This document shows positions 11,075 through 23,476 of a DNA stretch of 25,605 nt, piece by piece. The notes beneath the pieces were generated by a model. It was not told the DNA's origin, made no database searches, and saw only the letters and a program-made list of their open reading frames with translations. The stretch's first letter is position 1, and the number at the start of each line of letters is the position of its first letter. The DNA comes from Geosiphon pyriformis uo1. Taxonomy: Eukaryota > Fungi > Glomeromycota. Where the stretch lies: positions 420,226 to 445,830 of the forward strand of contig JAAOMT010000219.1 of NCBI GenBank assembly GCA_016748015.1, given 5' to 3'. Both the position numbers and the translations under genes were made by a program.

Positions 11075-13148
11075 TTAAAGCAGCAAATCAAAGGGATCCT
11101 GCGATTTCTGAGAAGGAATCTGTGGTTTTTGCTGTATGTTACTGGTCCATATACCTTTGGAAGCCCAAGAGGAAGAATTATTGTTCGCTTGTGCAAGAGA
11201 ATTCATTGATGGTGCAACTGATTGCCATTGTTTAGAAGTGGTATCCTTTCCGACTCCTAAAGAATCTAAGCTGACAAGGTTGGAAGCCTCTATCCAAGGA
11301 TCATTAGATTTCTGACTTGTGTTGTTAAAGCCAAGAAATTGATTAGCTGAATTCTGCTATAATAATGATGGGTATAAAATGTTAGTACACATACAAATCA
11401 ATAGATGAAGTGATCTTCAAATACCACTTTTACCTGATTAGGAGTCTGTGTAATTACATTTAAATTGGAAAGTTTTTGGAGAGAATTGGCTGATAAGGGA
11501 CCAGTTGTTAATGACTTTGGTTGAATTAGATTCAAAGTAGCGTTGCTGGATCCGTGCGGTGAAACTGACCCAAGTAAATCATCTATTAAGTTATTTCTGG
11601 AGGGGACAGGTTGAGGAACGGCCGAAATGGAAGTCACATGAGAAGTGTTAAGCCGCAGGTTAAGGTTTGGTTGCTGCAATTTTGTTGATCCGTTGTGTGG
11701 AGGGACCAAAGGAGGCGCGCTCTGGAAATCTTGGAAATCATCATCTATTAAATGCAAACCATATTAAGAAAAAATCTTCGAATGATTTAAATTGTCAACA
11801 CATTTCATTCAAAACAAAGCTTTTCACCAATTGAATTGTTGGATTTCATCTGAGAAAATTCGATCCCAATTGAGTTACGATTGGTTGCTTTGACGGAAGG
11901 CACATCAAAATCAAATAAGCTAACTTCACCATTTTCAGGGTTCGGAGTTGTGGGACTTTCAATATTCATCATTTCATTTGTCTTTTTATTAATGCTCAAG
12001 CTAGATCGCGATCCACCCGAACGCGTATCTCCAGTAGGGGATGTAGGACTTGTTGGACTCGTGCGAGCTTCGCTTGCCCATTGAGCCTCGTAATCGTCAT
12101 ATCTCGTACGAGAACGTTCTTCGCCTAGAATATGAATGGGAAATTATCAATATTCACTTTCAAAAATATATTATTCATAATTAACTAAAAATTAAGAATC
12201 TTTTAAAATGCTCACTATATCCAAAGGACTCGCTTGTGTTGAATCCCCCGTAGCGTGAAGATGATCCTCCGAAACTACCGCCGTAGCCAAGTGAGTCTGA
12301 GCTGACACTGGTATATTTAGTTCGATTTGCCTTGGCTTTTTTCCGTTCGGTTCGGATTTTCTCAACGTCACTCAATAATTCCGCCAGCTCTTTGGCACGA
12401 TTGCGCACTATTAAGTTCCAAGTTCAATTAAGTAACTCCCTTTCACTTCAAAGTTTGTTCTTGATTAATATATATTTTCCAACAATTCATATGCAGAGTA
12501 CCATTGATGCCTTGATCTTTGCTTTTTTCGTCGATATAAGCAAAGTTTCTCATAATTTTGATGGTAGCCATGTGTGCACGAGCATCATCTACCACTCTTT
12601 CAGATCCATGTTTTACTAGGTATTCTAAAAGCACGAGGGCCTGAAATTATGGTCAATAAGTCTGCTAATCTTTCTTCGAAATTGTATGTTTTTCAATACA
12701 AAAAATATTTCGCACCTTGTAGATTTGTCTCCATTGGCGTGCTTCCTTCTCGGTAAATCTTTTGTATATTGTCGGCATGATTTCATTAAAATACTGGCTG
12801 TAAATATAAGAATATTCTTTATAATTAGATGTCTTATCGAAAATAGGGCGTGAAAAGACAAAAACAACTTCTGATACCCACTAGTTATAGGTGCCCTGAG
12901 CAATTTCTTGCATCAGAGTACTACTCGCCCCCCAAGCTTCGTTATTGGTTGCCTCTCTTACTTTTGCTTCCATCTCTGTATAATTCATTACTACATTTTT
13001 CCTGTTATGTGCCAAAATACCGATGTTCTTATTTGGAAAACAATATGAATGTCGAAAACGATCAAGAGTCATCCCTTCAGGGAAAAACATACACTTTATT
13101 GAACACATCTTTGACATCCCAAATGGTTAAATTATTAAGGTTGTCCAT
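11075..13148 (-). CDS. ENT3: ENTH-domain clathrin adaptor, Ent3/epsinR (CLINT1) type, 492 aa, 8 exons
   Basis: Exons 13148-13093, 13001-12882, 12797-12716, 12640-12502, 12407-12216, 12124-11828, 11744-11434, 11356-11075 (1479 nt, GT-AG, phases consistent). ENTH motifs: KNVVMNYTEMEAKVREATNNEAWGASSTLMQEIA, WRQIYKALVLLEYLVKHGSERVV, DQGINVRNRAKEL. The tail has a clathrin-box-like LFDFD, a gamma-adaptin-ear-type DDDFQDFQSA, and LVSLDSL. No UIMs are seen, which favours Ent3 over Ent1/2. Confidence 0.93.
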
Positions 13149-13249
13149 GTTTAGGAAAAACCTCAAGTTGGATATTAAACCACTTTTTTATTGCGAACTT
13201 ATGGATACCTCTAATCGATAACAAACCTATATTTATTATGTTATGCTGT

Positions 13250-13865
13250 ATTTGCAGCTAATAATGATTTGTTGGATAATTTTAACCCTTTGCTTAATAA
13301 TGTTTTTATAAATTAAGTTGAATCTACAGAAGCAAACTTACCTAAAACAGCTATTTTATGCATAATTGCAACAAAATTATTACTACCAGAAACCAAACTA
13401 GCTAACTATGCAGCAATATTATTTGTATTGAATTTTATATTAGAAGTTTAAAGCTTTTAAAGCACCATTATTTTTGCAAATTTATTTATTTATAAAAGAA
13501 TTTGAGTTTTTATCAAACATATTATTATCACAATTTATATATTTTATTTTAAGACTTAATATTTTTTTCAATTGTTAAAACCTTTTTTTTATCTTAACAT
13601 TCAAAAAAAAAAGTATCAACCAACTTTTTAACCAAAAAACCAATAAAACCAATTTAAATTTTAGAAAAGCCTACTTAAAATTATTTACAAAATTAAAAAT
13701 TATAATAACAATAACAAAAACCAAAAAAGTAATAATTTTAATATAAAACTTTATATTAATAAATAAGATTTAAAAATTTTAAAACTGATTACAAACTTAA
13801 ATAAAAATATCTTGTAATTAAAAACTAAATAATTTAGATTTTAATACTTTAAAAGTTTTTTATTA
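13250..13865 (-). mobile_element. Probable hypermutated 5' relic (5'UTR + ORF1 start) of a related LINE
   Basis: TTATAATAACAAT (13700-13712) equals TCATAGTGGCAGC (21115-21127, spanning the ORF1 ATG of LINE A) under C->T/G->A only. AAAAGTTTTTTA (~13851-13862) resembles the LINE 5'-end motif at ~21245-21256. The matches are short. Confidence 0.4.
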
Positions 13866-13950
13866 AATATAACTTTTTTTAATAATTAATTATTAAAATT
13901 TTGAATATAATATTAATATATTTATTAATATTTAATTATTATATTGTTTT

Positions 13951-13964
13951 ATATATATATATAT
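13951..13964. repeat. (AT)7 microsatellite adjoining the tail of the fossil LINE
   Basis: ATATATATATATAT followed by TTTTATTTATTTATTT. Confidence 0.8.
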
Positions 13965-14452
13965 TTTTATTTATTTATTTAATAAGTAAAATCCAACTAT
14001 TATCTAATATAATATAGCAAATTAAGTATTTTAAATTAAATATAACTTATATATTTATTATATATAATAAGTTATTTAAACCAATTAAAACAATAATATA
14101 CATATATATAAATTGTAATATTATTATTTAGACTAAAAAAAATCATGTTTATTATGTAAATTAGTTTTTAGATTATAACAAAAAATTTAAGTGTTTATAA
14201 TTTTTAAGTTTTACAAATTAAAAAAAGTTTTTATTAATATAAAACCAATTACTTAAATTAAAATAACTAAAAAAATACTTCTTAAAAATTTATTTAATCA
14301 ATTTTTTTGGTATATAATAAATATAATATTTTTTATAAAAACAATATTTTAGTTTTAAAAAACATCTTAATTTAGTTTTAGTTTTTTAATAAAAAATACT
14401 TTAAAAAAAATAGAAAATTATAATTAATTTTGTAATATATGTAAAACTTATA
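13965..14452 (-). mobile_element. Hypermutated 3' end (3'UTR and ORF2 C-terminus) of a LINE related to LINE A
   Basis: 14031-14110 aligns without gaps to 14531-14610. In 14058-14102 vs 14558-14602 there are 19 differences in 45 nt, 17 of them C->T or G->A. The right-hand extent is not verified. Confidence 0.8.
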
Positions 14453-14464
14453 ATTCTGTAAATT
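14453..14464. repeat. Target-site duplication of LINE A, left copy (ATTCTGTAAATT)
   Basis: Directly abuts/overlaps the poly(T) at 14463-14472; an identical 12-mer lies at 21272-21283. Confidence 0.75.
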
Positions 14465-14595
14465 TTTTTTTTATTACATTTTATGAATGAGATCCAAACA
14501 CTACCTAGAGCTATACATCAAAGAAGTAACATAAACTAAGTGTGAATCATGCTCTTTCTACACGCGACCAGCCACTCAGGCCAATCAAGACAACA

Positions 14596-17500
14596 CTATG
14601 CAGCTATATGTACCAAAACAGAATTACCAGCACCAGAAAAGAAAAAACATTGTTTACGAAAGCCAAAACGAATGCCAAGAGCTTCAGTCACACCAAGTAG
14701 CCTAACAATACCAGCCGAGAACCTAGAAGCTGAGCCAGGGACCGAGACAGGAACTGAACCGTCAAGTGGGATGAGATTATTTTTTTTCATGAATGCACAA
14801 TGCCTAACCTGAACCAACCAAATATTATTCCTAAAAGCAAAACTAAAGGAACACACAAACTCAACAATATTCGAACTAGCAACTTTGTGAGATTTGAAAA
14901 CAGAGACAGCTTTACGAAGCCACTCACTAAAAACAAACTTTTTAAAAAGAGCCATAAATACAGAGACATCAGAGGCACAAAAAAACAACAATTGCAGCAT
15001 GCAGAAAAAAGAAAGAGACAGGCCAGAAAGCACCCTCCAAGATCTTGAACATATATCCAGTATCTAAAGATGTGCAGAGTCATCAATCTTGCAAAAGAAA
15101 GCATGATCTAATGTTTCCACCTCACCACAATATAAGCACAATATGCTGGGGTATCTTCTGTTATATAGGCGTTTATGAACAGCAAAAGGCAGCCAGTGGT
15201 GCAATGCCTTCATGAAAAAACTGTGCGCATCTGCTGTGGGCCTGCTAGTGTGGCCAGCGGCCATGTGTGAATCAGGATGCCATACCAGTGAGGAGCAGAA
15301 CCAATCAATGTCTGTGAATAAACTGACAGACAGAAATTTAGAACCAGAACCAACCTCCCAGTGCGCACAACTGACGGAACAAAAAATATCATGAACAAAA
15401 TGCCTAGAATTGCCAGAAACAGCTCCACTGTCTGCCAACAAGAAGCACGCATGCAAATGAGAAGGAAAAAACCAGCCCCAGTGAGAAGAAGTCCCAGCTA
15501 TAGCATCAGCATGTTCATTTCCAATCACACCAGAGTGATTTTTCACTTTGTGCCATTCAACCATCAAATTTTTGCCACGAATAATGTTTACAATATGCTG
15601 GTGTTTGACCCAACAACAATTGCGAAAATCTGGATGCACCAGACCCAATTCCGACTTGTAGGCATTCAGAGTGGCTTAACTATTAGAGAACAGATGAACA
15701 AAACTAGAATGGAGAACACACTCCAGTGCCAGCACAATAGCTTGTATTTCCACCAAAGTAGAAGACAACAGACCCAAAACTCCAACACCCAAATCCAGAT
15801 CAATGTTACTGAAAAAAACTCCAGCCCCAGCCGTGCAATTCTCAGTACCAAGGTGTGTTAGAGACCCATCCATATAAACAGAAATGCTACTAGAAGGAAC
15901 TTGGGAAAGCCAATCATGAACCAACACAAAGCCAGGAGAGATGAGAATACTCTGAGAACCCACATTGACCAAAGCAGGAGAAGGGGCACGAGGAGAAGAC
16001 GCACCAGACAGAAACTTGACAGAAAGCATAAACCACTCAGAAGTCAGGCCATGGGAGTCCAACCTCTTTCACTGCTTGAACTTGTACTAGTCAAACACAG
16101 CACCATAACAATCACGGAATTGGTCAACAAAAGCAATGCCATATCACCGGAGTGAAGGAAGGAACCTGACAAATCTAGACTCACTGAGAACGGTAGATAT
16201 GGGTATCCCACCACAAAACCGAAATGGATTATCAAAAAAACCACTCAAAGATAAGTTGCAATCGAGGAGAACACAAACAACTCCTGCTAAGAAATTATTC
16301 AAAGAGCTGACTCAAACATGAACAGGAACACTCAAAGGATAAACAGAATGCCAGCACAAAACTTGTAAGTTATGAGATCTGTGGGAGAAAAGGCGACCCA
16401 AGATTCCCACTGAGTTTGCAAAACAAATAAGGGAAGCGACTTTACTCTCTGATTGAATCTGGACGAAAGATTTCAACCCATAGAATGAAGAGTGATGGAT
16501 CGTGTCACTAGGAAAATCAAGAGGTAATCCAGACTTGGATTTCAAGCCTCTGCAAATCAAAGCATCCCACTTATTACACACACTGACAGGAACAAAACTA
16601 AACTGAGTCCTATAACTGATGATGGAGTGGAGAACAGCTGACACTAAATATAGAAATTGTTTGTCTGATACGGCCTTTCTTAGAACCAAGTTGATAAAAA
16701 AATGAACATCCAAATGAGCCTTTGCCAGACTGGGCTTTGACAGTCCCTCAAATGACACAAAGATACCCAGATAACGATGTGATTCGCCAGATTTAGCTAT
16801 TGAAATAAGGAATCTATTGATAAAAAGAGAAGGTGCACTGGCATGGCTATTAATTGGAATAGCCACTGTCTTATCATTATTAATTGAAATATCATTGATG
16901 CAGAAAAATTCACTAGCCACATCAAGAATGTGTTGAGTGACAGTCAGACTGCTACCCACCCAGATCATATTGTCCACAAAAGCGTCAGCAGCGAAAAAAG
17001 ATGACAAACCAGCCTGAGACTCCACACAGCCCGTCTTAGCAACAAAATAAGAGTTTAACTTGTAACCACACACACTTTCCTGCCTCTTAACTTCACACAA
17101 GAGAGGATCGTAAAATATACGCCAAAGAAGAGGTGAAAACACCTCCCCTTGGTCCAAGCTATCGTGTACACAATAACCATTTGTTAACCAAAATCAGTTA
17201 TAACCCAGTTGGTGTAACCACTATGAATATTCCCAAAAAACCTAATAAACCTGCAGCACATTTTTATTCTAACCAAACTCTTCTTAAGATGATTCCAACT
17301 GACTAAGTCATATGCTTTCCACATGTCTTATAAAACCAGCCAGAGCTCCTGGTTTTTTTCAAGAGCATTTTCGATTACCAAACCAATTGCAAAAATGGGA
17401 GACTGAGTTGTAGTGCCTTTGAGAACTGAAAAATTGTCCCCATGAAGAATGTCAAACTTGCTACATGCCAAAGAGATTCTATTAGAGAGAATCTTGGAAA

Positions 17501-19283
17501 GAATTTTTTGAGCCATCTCAATCAAAGCAATAGGACAAGTGTTTGTGAGCACGCCCTCCCACTTATAAGGTTTGGAAATCATCGACACTCAGGCTTCCTT
17601 CCAAGCACCGGGCACAGACTCACCACAAAGACAAGAATTAATGAGCACCAAGAGCATATCAAGAACAGATTTGTCACAGTGCTTCCAAAGTTCATTGGAA
17701 ATATCTGAGAAACCAGCAGCCTTCCCATTAGGTAGGTCAAAGACCACGCCAGACATCTCATCAAAACTAACACAACTCATCACATCTGAAAAAGCGTCAT
17801 CAAACACGTAATCCAAAGGCCAATATTGGCGAGACCAATTTTCTGAAATATCAAGAACCACTTCACATTTATGAGTCTACCCCTCCATAATTTTATTCAC
17901 TTTTTTTTTAACAGGATCAGGTTCCAAATACAGCTCATCACCAATGACCAAATGATCCAAAACCATCTTGTGGAAAGACCTCTCCAAGACACTTCTAATA
18001 GTATGACCCTTGTTAGATTCAAAGCTCTCCATCCTCTTATTAATAGCAGATTTGATTTGTGAATCTTTAGTACGTTTTGATTCTGACAACTTTGAGACAT
18101 GATAAGACTTCTTGGCTTTGGACAGAGCTGAACAAATGTCATCAAAAGGAGATCTTGAGAGAAAGAGAGACTTCACTACAGCAGCACCAGCAGAATCAAG
18201 CAATTTCCAAGTATTAAGCAGTGATACGAACACATCGCAATCAACAGAATGGGAAGTTTTGACCAACTTAAACACTAAAAGTTCTAACTTATGGAACCTG
18301 GACGAATGCTTAGTGAAAGCACCATCATAACTTTTAAACCATTTTTTCCTGAAAACTTCACTCACCAAAAAGCTCATTGTTTTCTGAATAGTATCCCACA
18401 TCGCATCCAAATCCGACAGTTCTCTGGTGGCCAAGAAATTATCAGAGAACATGGTAGTATTCACTGCCATGGTCTCTCTGAACCTCAACCACAAGGCAAC
18501 ACCAGCATCCTTAAAATTGTACTTCCAACAATCCCTATTGGCCTGCTTGCAAACAGAACACAAATGTGTATCCAAGAGATCACTTAAACCAAACAACACA
18601 GAAACAGCATGATGGTCAGTATCAAAGAAATCAGACACATCCAGAACATTACGATCCACAATAGCATTGATCAAATTGGGAGACACAAAAAGATAATCAA
18701 TTGTTTTTGTCACACCCCGGAAATTACTCCATGTTGGAACTTTTATAAACGGACTACCGACAAAAGAGTTGACCAGACCCAAGCTACCACATTTTCTGAA
18801 ACTAGCACTTCTACACAAACCATCTTCATTGAAGTCACCACTTAAAACCACAAAAGATGATTCATTTACAGCACTAGCGATCAAAGCATTCACATCATTG
18901 GCCTGAGAAAAGTGCATTGAAGCTGACGTGCCAGTATACAGACCCAAAATAGAAACCGAGAGTTTATTTCTAAAAAGCAACTTGACAGAAATAAGATGAC
19001 CAGGAACCTCAGAAACTTTGCACACATGTTTGGCCAGAGAATTGGTCATAACAATTGCCACCCCAGAACCAAGATGACCAGAATTCAAACCAGAAATAAA
19101 GACCTGAACACCATCGAATTTGCTAGTAATCCAAGACTGAACCTTATCTTTTAACTTCATCTCAGTAATAATTGAAACTAAATTGTTCTTATCTTTGTGC
19201 CAATGTATAATGTCCTTCTGCTTTGCTGAATTGTTCATTCCCCTGACATTACATGCGGCTATTTTCCATACTAAATCATTCAT
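14596..19283 (-). pseudogene. LINE A ORF2: AP endonuclease - reverse transcriptase - RNase H - C-terminal CCHC
   Basis: APE: CNVRGMN, TEMKL, GDFN, TIDYLFVS, TDH. RT: PIALIE..KILSKIL, DMWKAYD, QGEVFSPLLWRIFYDPLL, AFVDN (catalytic DD->DN, 16980-16969), YLG. RNase H: VYMDGS, SSTLVEIQAI, WHKVKNHSGVIGNEHAD (~15885-15495). Zn finger CLYCGEVETLDHAFFC (~15140-15090). Multiple in-frame stops. Confidence 0.93.
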
Positions 19284-21118
19284 TAAGGTACAAAAGAGAC
19301 TGCAGAACTTGAGCCAGCACACATCTGATCCAACTTCCCCAATACTGAACAAACCAAAGCTTCGAAAGCTGCCAACTTTGACTCCAAGCAGCCCACTTTC
19401 AAAGTCAGAATTTTTGAACTACTTGAACCCAAACTTGAGGCACCAGAGGAAACCAAAGGAGGAATAACCACAAAATCAGGTTCATCCAACACCATATCCG
19501 AACCAAATTTCATATCAACTGAACCAGGGGCAACCAAGGGCTGAGAAGAGGAGACGAGAGCCAAAGGCACCAGGCTTAAACTGTCAAGTTTGTCAATAAT
19601 ACTGGACACCTTATCCATGAGAAGTTCCAAAGAGTGCTCCAAAAAAGCAAGACAAGTTTCCAAAATCGAACTAACAGGACCTGCAAGAGACGAGTGACCA
19701 ACCAAACCTGAGACGCCAGGAGAAGAGCCAAAACCAGGACCAGAACCAAAGTGAGGACTATTAAATGAAGATGCTAGAGAGACAACCTGGGCCCATAATT
19801 TGCCGCCAAATGCAGCCAGTCTGGAAATAGGCACACTCTTTTTTGCATATAGCTTGGCCAACTGGAGACGGTTCTCATTAGAGACAACCTTTTTAAATGA
19901 CTTGGAAAGTTTAGGAGAATGTGAGATCTTAGCATCACACTTCAGAACAGAATGACCAAGTTTCCCATACTGTTCACACTGAACCAGGTCCAACCTAGCC
20001 CAAGAAAGTTTCATCCCACCAAAAACAGACTCCATACAAAATGCAGACTCCAAATCCTTGTCATTCTTAAAACAAACCACAGCACAACAAACCCTATTAC
20101 CAGTGTCTAAGGATCAATTTATGACACAAGTTTTCCCACCAGCCCCCACCAAAAGATTGCCAAGATCATGAGCTGTTGTTCCCACCAGCAAAGTAAACAA
20201 AAGCGCCCTATATCAATCTCTAGATGCCCATGTCTCACAATTTTTCACAGCTTTAACCACATGCACAGAATCTTTCCCAATTAAAAATGACCACTTAGCT
20301 ACCAACTGATCTGCCTGACTTGATTTGGCAAACTCCACCACAGCCTTCTGCCACAGCCCAATAAGTTGTAATCAGATTGACACCACTTGACCAAATTCGG
20401 ACACTGCGGCGACAATCATTTCTTTTGGCATATCCATGAAAATTTTCTTGATGACTACAGTCCGATCTGAATGAACTTCTTGTCTCTTAAGATTGCTGTT
20501 TACCATGATGTCATTTTCCCTGGCCAATGAGGCGGCCTTTTCCATGCTTTCTGATGAAATGAACATCAATTTGATGATCTTTTCAAATTTTGAGGGGGTA
20601 GTGGCCCCCCCAAAACCATTGATTCATAAAAACAATTTCCTTATGACTTGAGTTTTAGTCATCGCCGATTTTCCTTCCATAGCCGAAAGATTGATATCCA
20701 AAGCGAAAGATTTCTTCACAGCTACTTCCACCTGAGTTTTAACAATTTTGGGGTCCACCCACACCTTTTCCAAAGAGAAAGACAAATGGGGAGGAAGAGA
20801 AACTTCCTCTTTATCATCCATGTCATAATTAATAGAGCCAAGAGGGGAACCGATAGCCGCACCAGTATTGAAACACTTCGCATTGGGTGTATTCATTTGG
20901 GAGTCAGAGGTAACTTTACCATCAAAGGCTTCTCCATCTGTATCCATGCTAGTAAGTTGCCCATCCATACTAACAGGTTTACCATCTTTGAGATTCTTAT
21001 TCATACTTGAAAGTTTAACACCACTGAGAGGCTTTTTGACTTTTTGAGTTGAACCTCCACCAACTGAACTAGTGGTTGAGACTTTGGCAGACCTTTTCTT
21101 AGCACTAGGACCACTCAT
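19283..21118 (-). pseudogene. LINE A ORF1 (RRM-like segments, CCHC knuckle, C-terminal coiled coils)
   Basis: Fragments 21118-20624, 20569-20372 and 20080-19283 are colinear with ORF1 of LINE B. Knuckle CEQYGKLGHSVLKC (one C->Y); heptad-like LAFLEHSLELLMDKV. Broken by stops. Confidence 0.88.
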
Positions 21119-21271
21119 AGTGGCAGCCAGGCCAACAACAAAAGAGTTTGATTCTTGTGAAATATTGGAAGACAGTATGCAAAAACAGAAAAAACTTCTT
21201 TCAAAATTTGACTCTTTTTCAGGAATTTGGGATAAAGGAGAGAAAGAAGTTTTTAAACTGTTTTTGAATAT

Positions 21272-21283
21272 ATTCTGTAAATT
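21272..21283. repeat. Target-site duplication of LINE A, right copy (ATTCTGTAAATT)
   Basis: Identical to 14453-14464; lies ~17 nt beyond the end of clear 5'UTR homology with LINE B. Confidence 0.75.
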
Positions 21284-21632
21284 AAATTCACTTAAAAAAT
21301 AGTTTAATTTATATTAAATATATAATAAATTTATTTGATTTTTTAATAATATTATAATAAAGTTAATAAAATTATAAAATGTATAATAAATTAAATTAAG
21401 ATAAGTTTTTTTTTTTGAAAATTTTTTATATTTAATTGAATATTATTTTTAAATAAAATAATTTTGAATTATTAAATTAGTATATAAAATTGTAGTAAAA
21501 CTTCTTTCTCTCCTTCATCCCAAATTCCTAAAAAAGAGTCAAGATATTGAGAGAAGTTTTTCTGTTTTTTATATACTGTCTTCCACTATTTTACAAGAAA
21601 CAAACCCTTTTATTGTCGGTCCAGCTGCCACT

Positions 21633-23476
21633 ATGAGTGGCCCTAGTGTTAAGAGAAGATCAGCCAGAGTTTTGACCACTGGTTCAGTTGGTGGTAGTTT
21701 GGGTTATAAAATCAAGAAACCTCCTGGTGGTGCTAAGCTCTTAAGTAGTGGTGCAACTCTTGAAAGTGGTGGGTCTGGTCATGTGGTCAGGCAGTTTAAT
21801 GGCATAGATACTGATGGAGAAGCTTCCAAAGGTAAAAGAGTACCTGATTCCAAGATGAATACACCTCAAGCCAAGTGTTTCAATAATAGTGTGACTGTTG
21901 GCTCCCCTCTCGGCTCTATTAATTATGACATGAAGAAAGAAGAGGAAGTTTCTCTTCCCCTTCATATGTCTTTCTCTTTGGATAAGGTGTGGGTGAATCC
22001 CAAAATCATTAAAACTCAAGTGGAAATGGCTGTGAAAAAATCATTCACTTTGGACATTAATCTTTCGGCTGTAGAAGGGAAATTGGCAATGGCCAAAATT
22101 CAGGTCATAAGGAAATTATTTTCAGGAATCAATGGTTTTGGGGGGCCACTACCCCCTCAAAATTTGAAGAAATCATCAGATCTATCTTCACCTCTGAAGC
22201 AAACATGGAAAAGGCCACCTCATTGGCCAAAGATAATGACATCAGTGTAAACACTGATCTCAAAAAACAAGGAATGCATTCAGATTGGGCCATAGTCATC
22301 AAAGAAATTTCCATGAACATGCCAAAGGATATGATTGTCGCTGCAGTGTCTGAATTTGGAGAAATTAAATCAATCAAAATTCAGCTGATCGGAATGTGGC
22401 AGAAAGCTGTGGTGGAATTCGCCAAATTGGAACAGACGGAGCAATTGGCTTCGAAATAGTCCTTCTTAATTGAGAAAAATTCTGTGCGTGTAGCAAAAGC
22501 CATGGGGGATCGTGATATCTGGGCCTTTAGGGATTGTTTTAGGGCACTTCTGTTTACATTGCTGGTGGGAACAACTGCACATGATCTTAGTAATCTTCTG
22601 AATAAAACTAGTGGCAGAATTTGCATCATTAATTGTTTATTGAACACTGGCAATAGAGTTTGTTGTGCTGTGGTTGGCTTCAAATCTGAGAATGACCTGA
22701 ATTTTGCTTTTCTTACTGAGCCTGTTTTTGGTGGTGTTTGTCTTTCTTGGACTATGTTGGATTTGGTTCAGTGTGGAAAATGTGGGCGTCTTGGTCATTT
22801 GGCTCTAGAATGTAATACATCAGATATGTTGTCTTCTGATCTCTTGAATATTTTTAATAAAAGACATGCTCCTGGTGTGGATTGTTTCCAGTTGGCCAAG
22901 TTATATGCAAAGAAAAATGTTCTTATATCTTGCCCTGCTGCCTTTGGTGGCAAATCATAGGCTCAGGTAGTCTCTCTTGCTTCCCTTTCTGGTGGCTCTC
23001 CTTCTGGTTCTGGTCTTGGTGTTGGTTTTTCTCCCCATACAACCTCAGATTTGGGTGATGGTTCTCTCTCTTCTACAATTACCAATTCTTCTTTGAATGT
23101 TTGCTTGGCGTCTTTGGAATGCTCTCTCGAGTTGTTGGCTGACCAAGTGTCTGATATTTTAAGAAAATTGAGTTTTGTTGAATTGGTGTCCATGGTTCCA
23201 TCTTCTGGTGCCCCTCTTTTAGTTGGCTCTGTGCCTTTGGCCTCTGTTTTGGATTCTGACATGGCTCTGGATGGTGAGTTGGCATTGTTCAATCCCCATT
23301 CTCCAAGTATTGATATGAGTGCTGGCTTCAATTTGAGTAGCTCAAGGGTTCTTACTACCAAGGTGGATGGTTTGGAGTCTAAGATGTTGGCTCTAGAGAC
23401 TTCTGTCAGTTCTGTTTTGGCTAGGTTAGATCTTTTGTGTTCTGGTTCGGGTTTATCGGCTCTCTCTTTTTTTTAA
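21633..23476 (+). pseudogene. LINE B ORF1
   Basis: Starts MSGPSVKRRSAR; intact knuckle CGKCGRLGHLALEC. One-G deletion in the G-run at 22140-22145 and TAG stops at 22457 and 22958. Confidence 0.88.

Larger units (their letters stand above)
14463..21271 (-). mobile_element. LINE A: full-length (~6.8 kb) degenerate non-LTR retrotransposon with RNase H
   Basis: ~150-nt 5'UTR, ORF1, ORF2, ~125-nt 3'UTR ending ...TGTAAT(A)10, and a flanking 12-bp TSD. Homologous to 21497-25605. Confidence 0.95.

Noticed and set aside
8425-13221. Many small ORFs in the ORF track as separate genes
   Set aside because: They are exons of CDC23/ENT3 with intron read-through, or their antisense frames.
5039-14460. C->T excess as a bisulfite-like or sequencing artefact
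   Set aside because: C->T and G->A occur together on the same strand, intensity differs by element, and the adjacent genes are untouched.
14549-21302. Plus-strand ORFs over LINE A (e.g. 15361-15861, 20648-21010) and minus-strand ORFs over LINE B
   Set aside because: Antisense shadows of the LINE ORFs with no recognisable domains. The similarity of 20648-21010 to 21741-22019 just reflects A/B homology.
21284-21496. Spacer as a readable continuation of the fossil LINE
   Set aside because: Expected from the TSD, but I could not obtain a convincing alignment by eye.
22140-22145. Programmed frameshift at the G-run in LINE B ORF1
   Set aside because: LINE A has seven Gs here and stays in frame (NGFGGATTPSKF); B simply lost one G.
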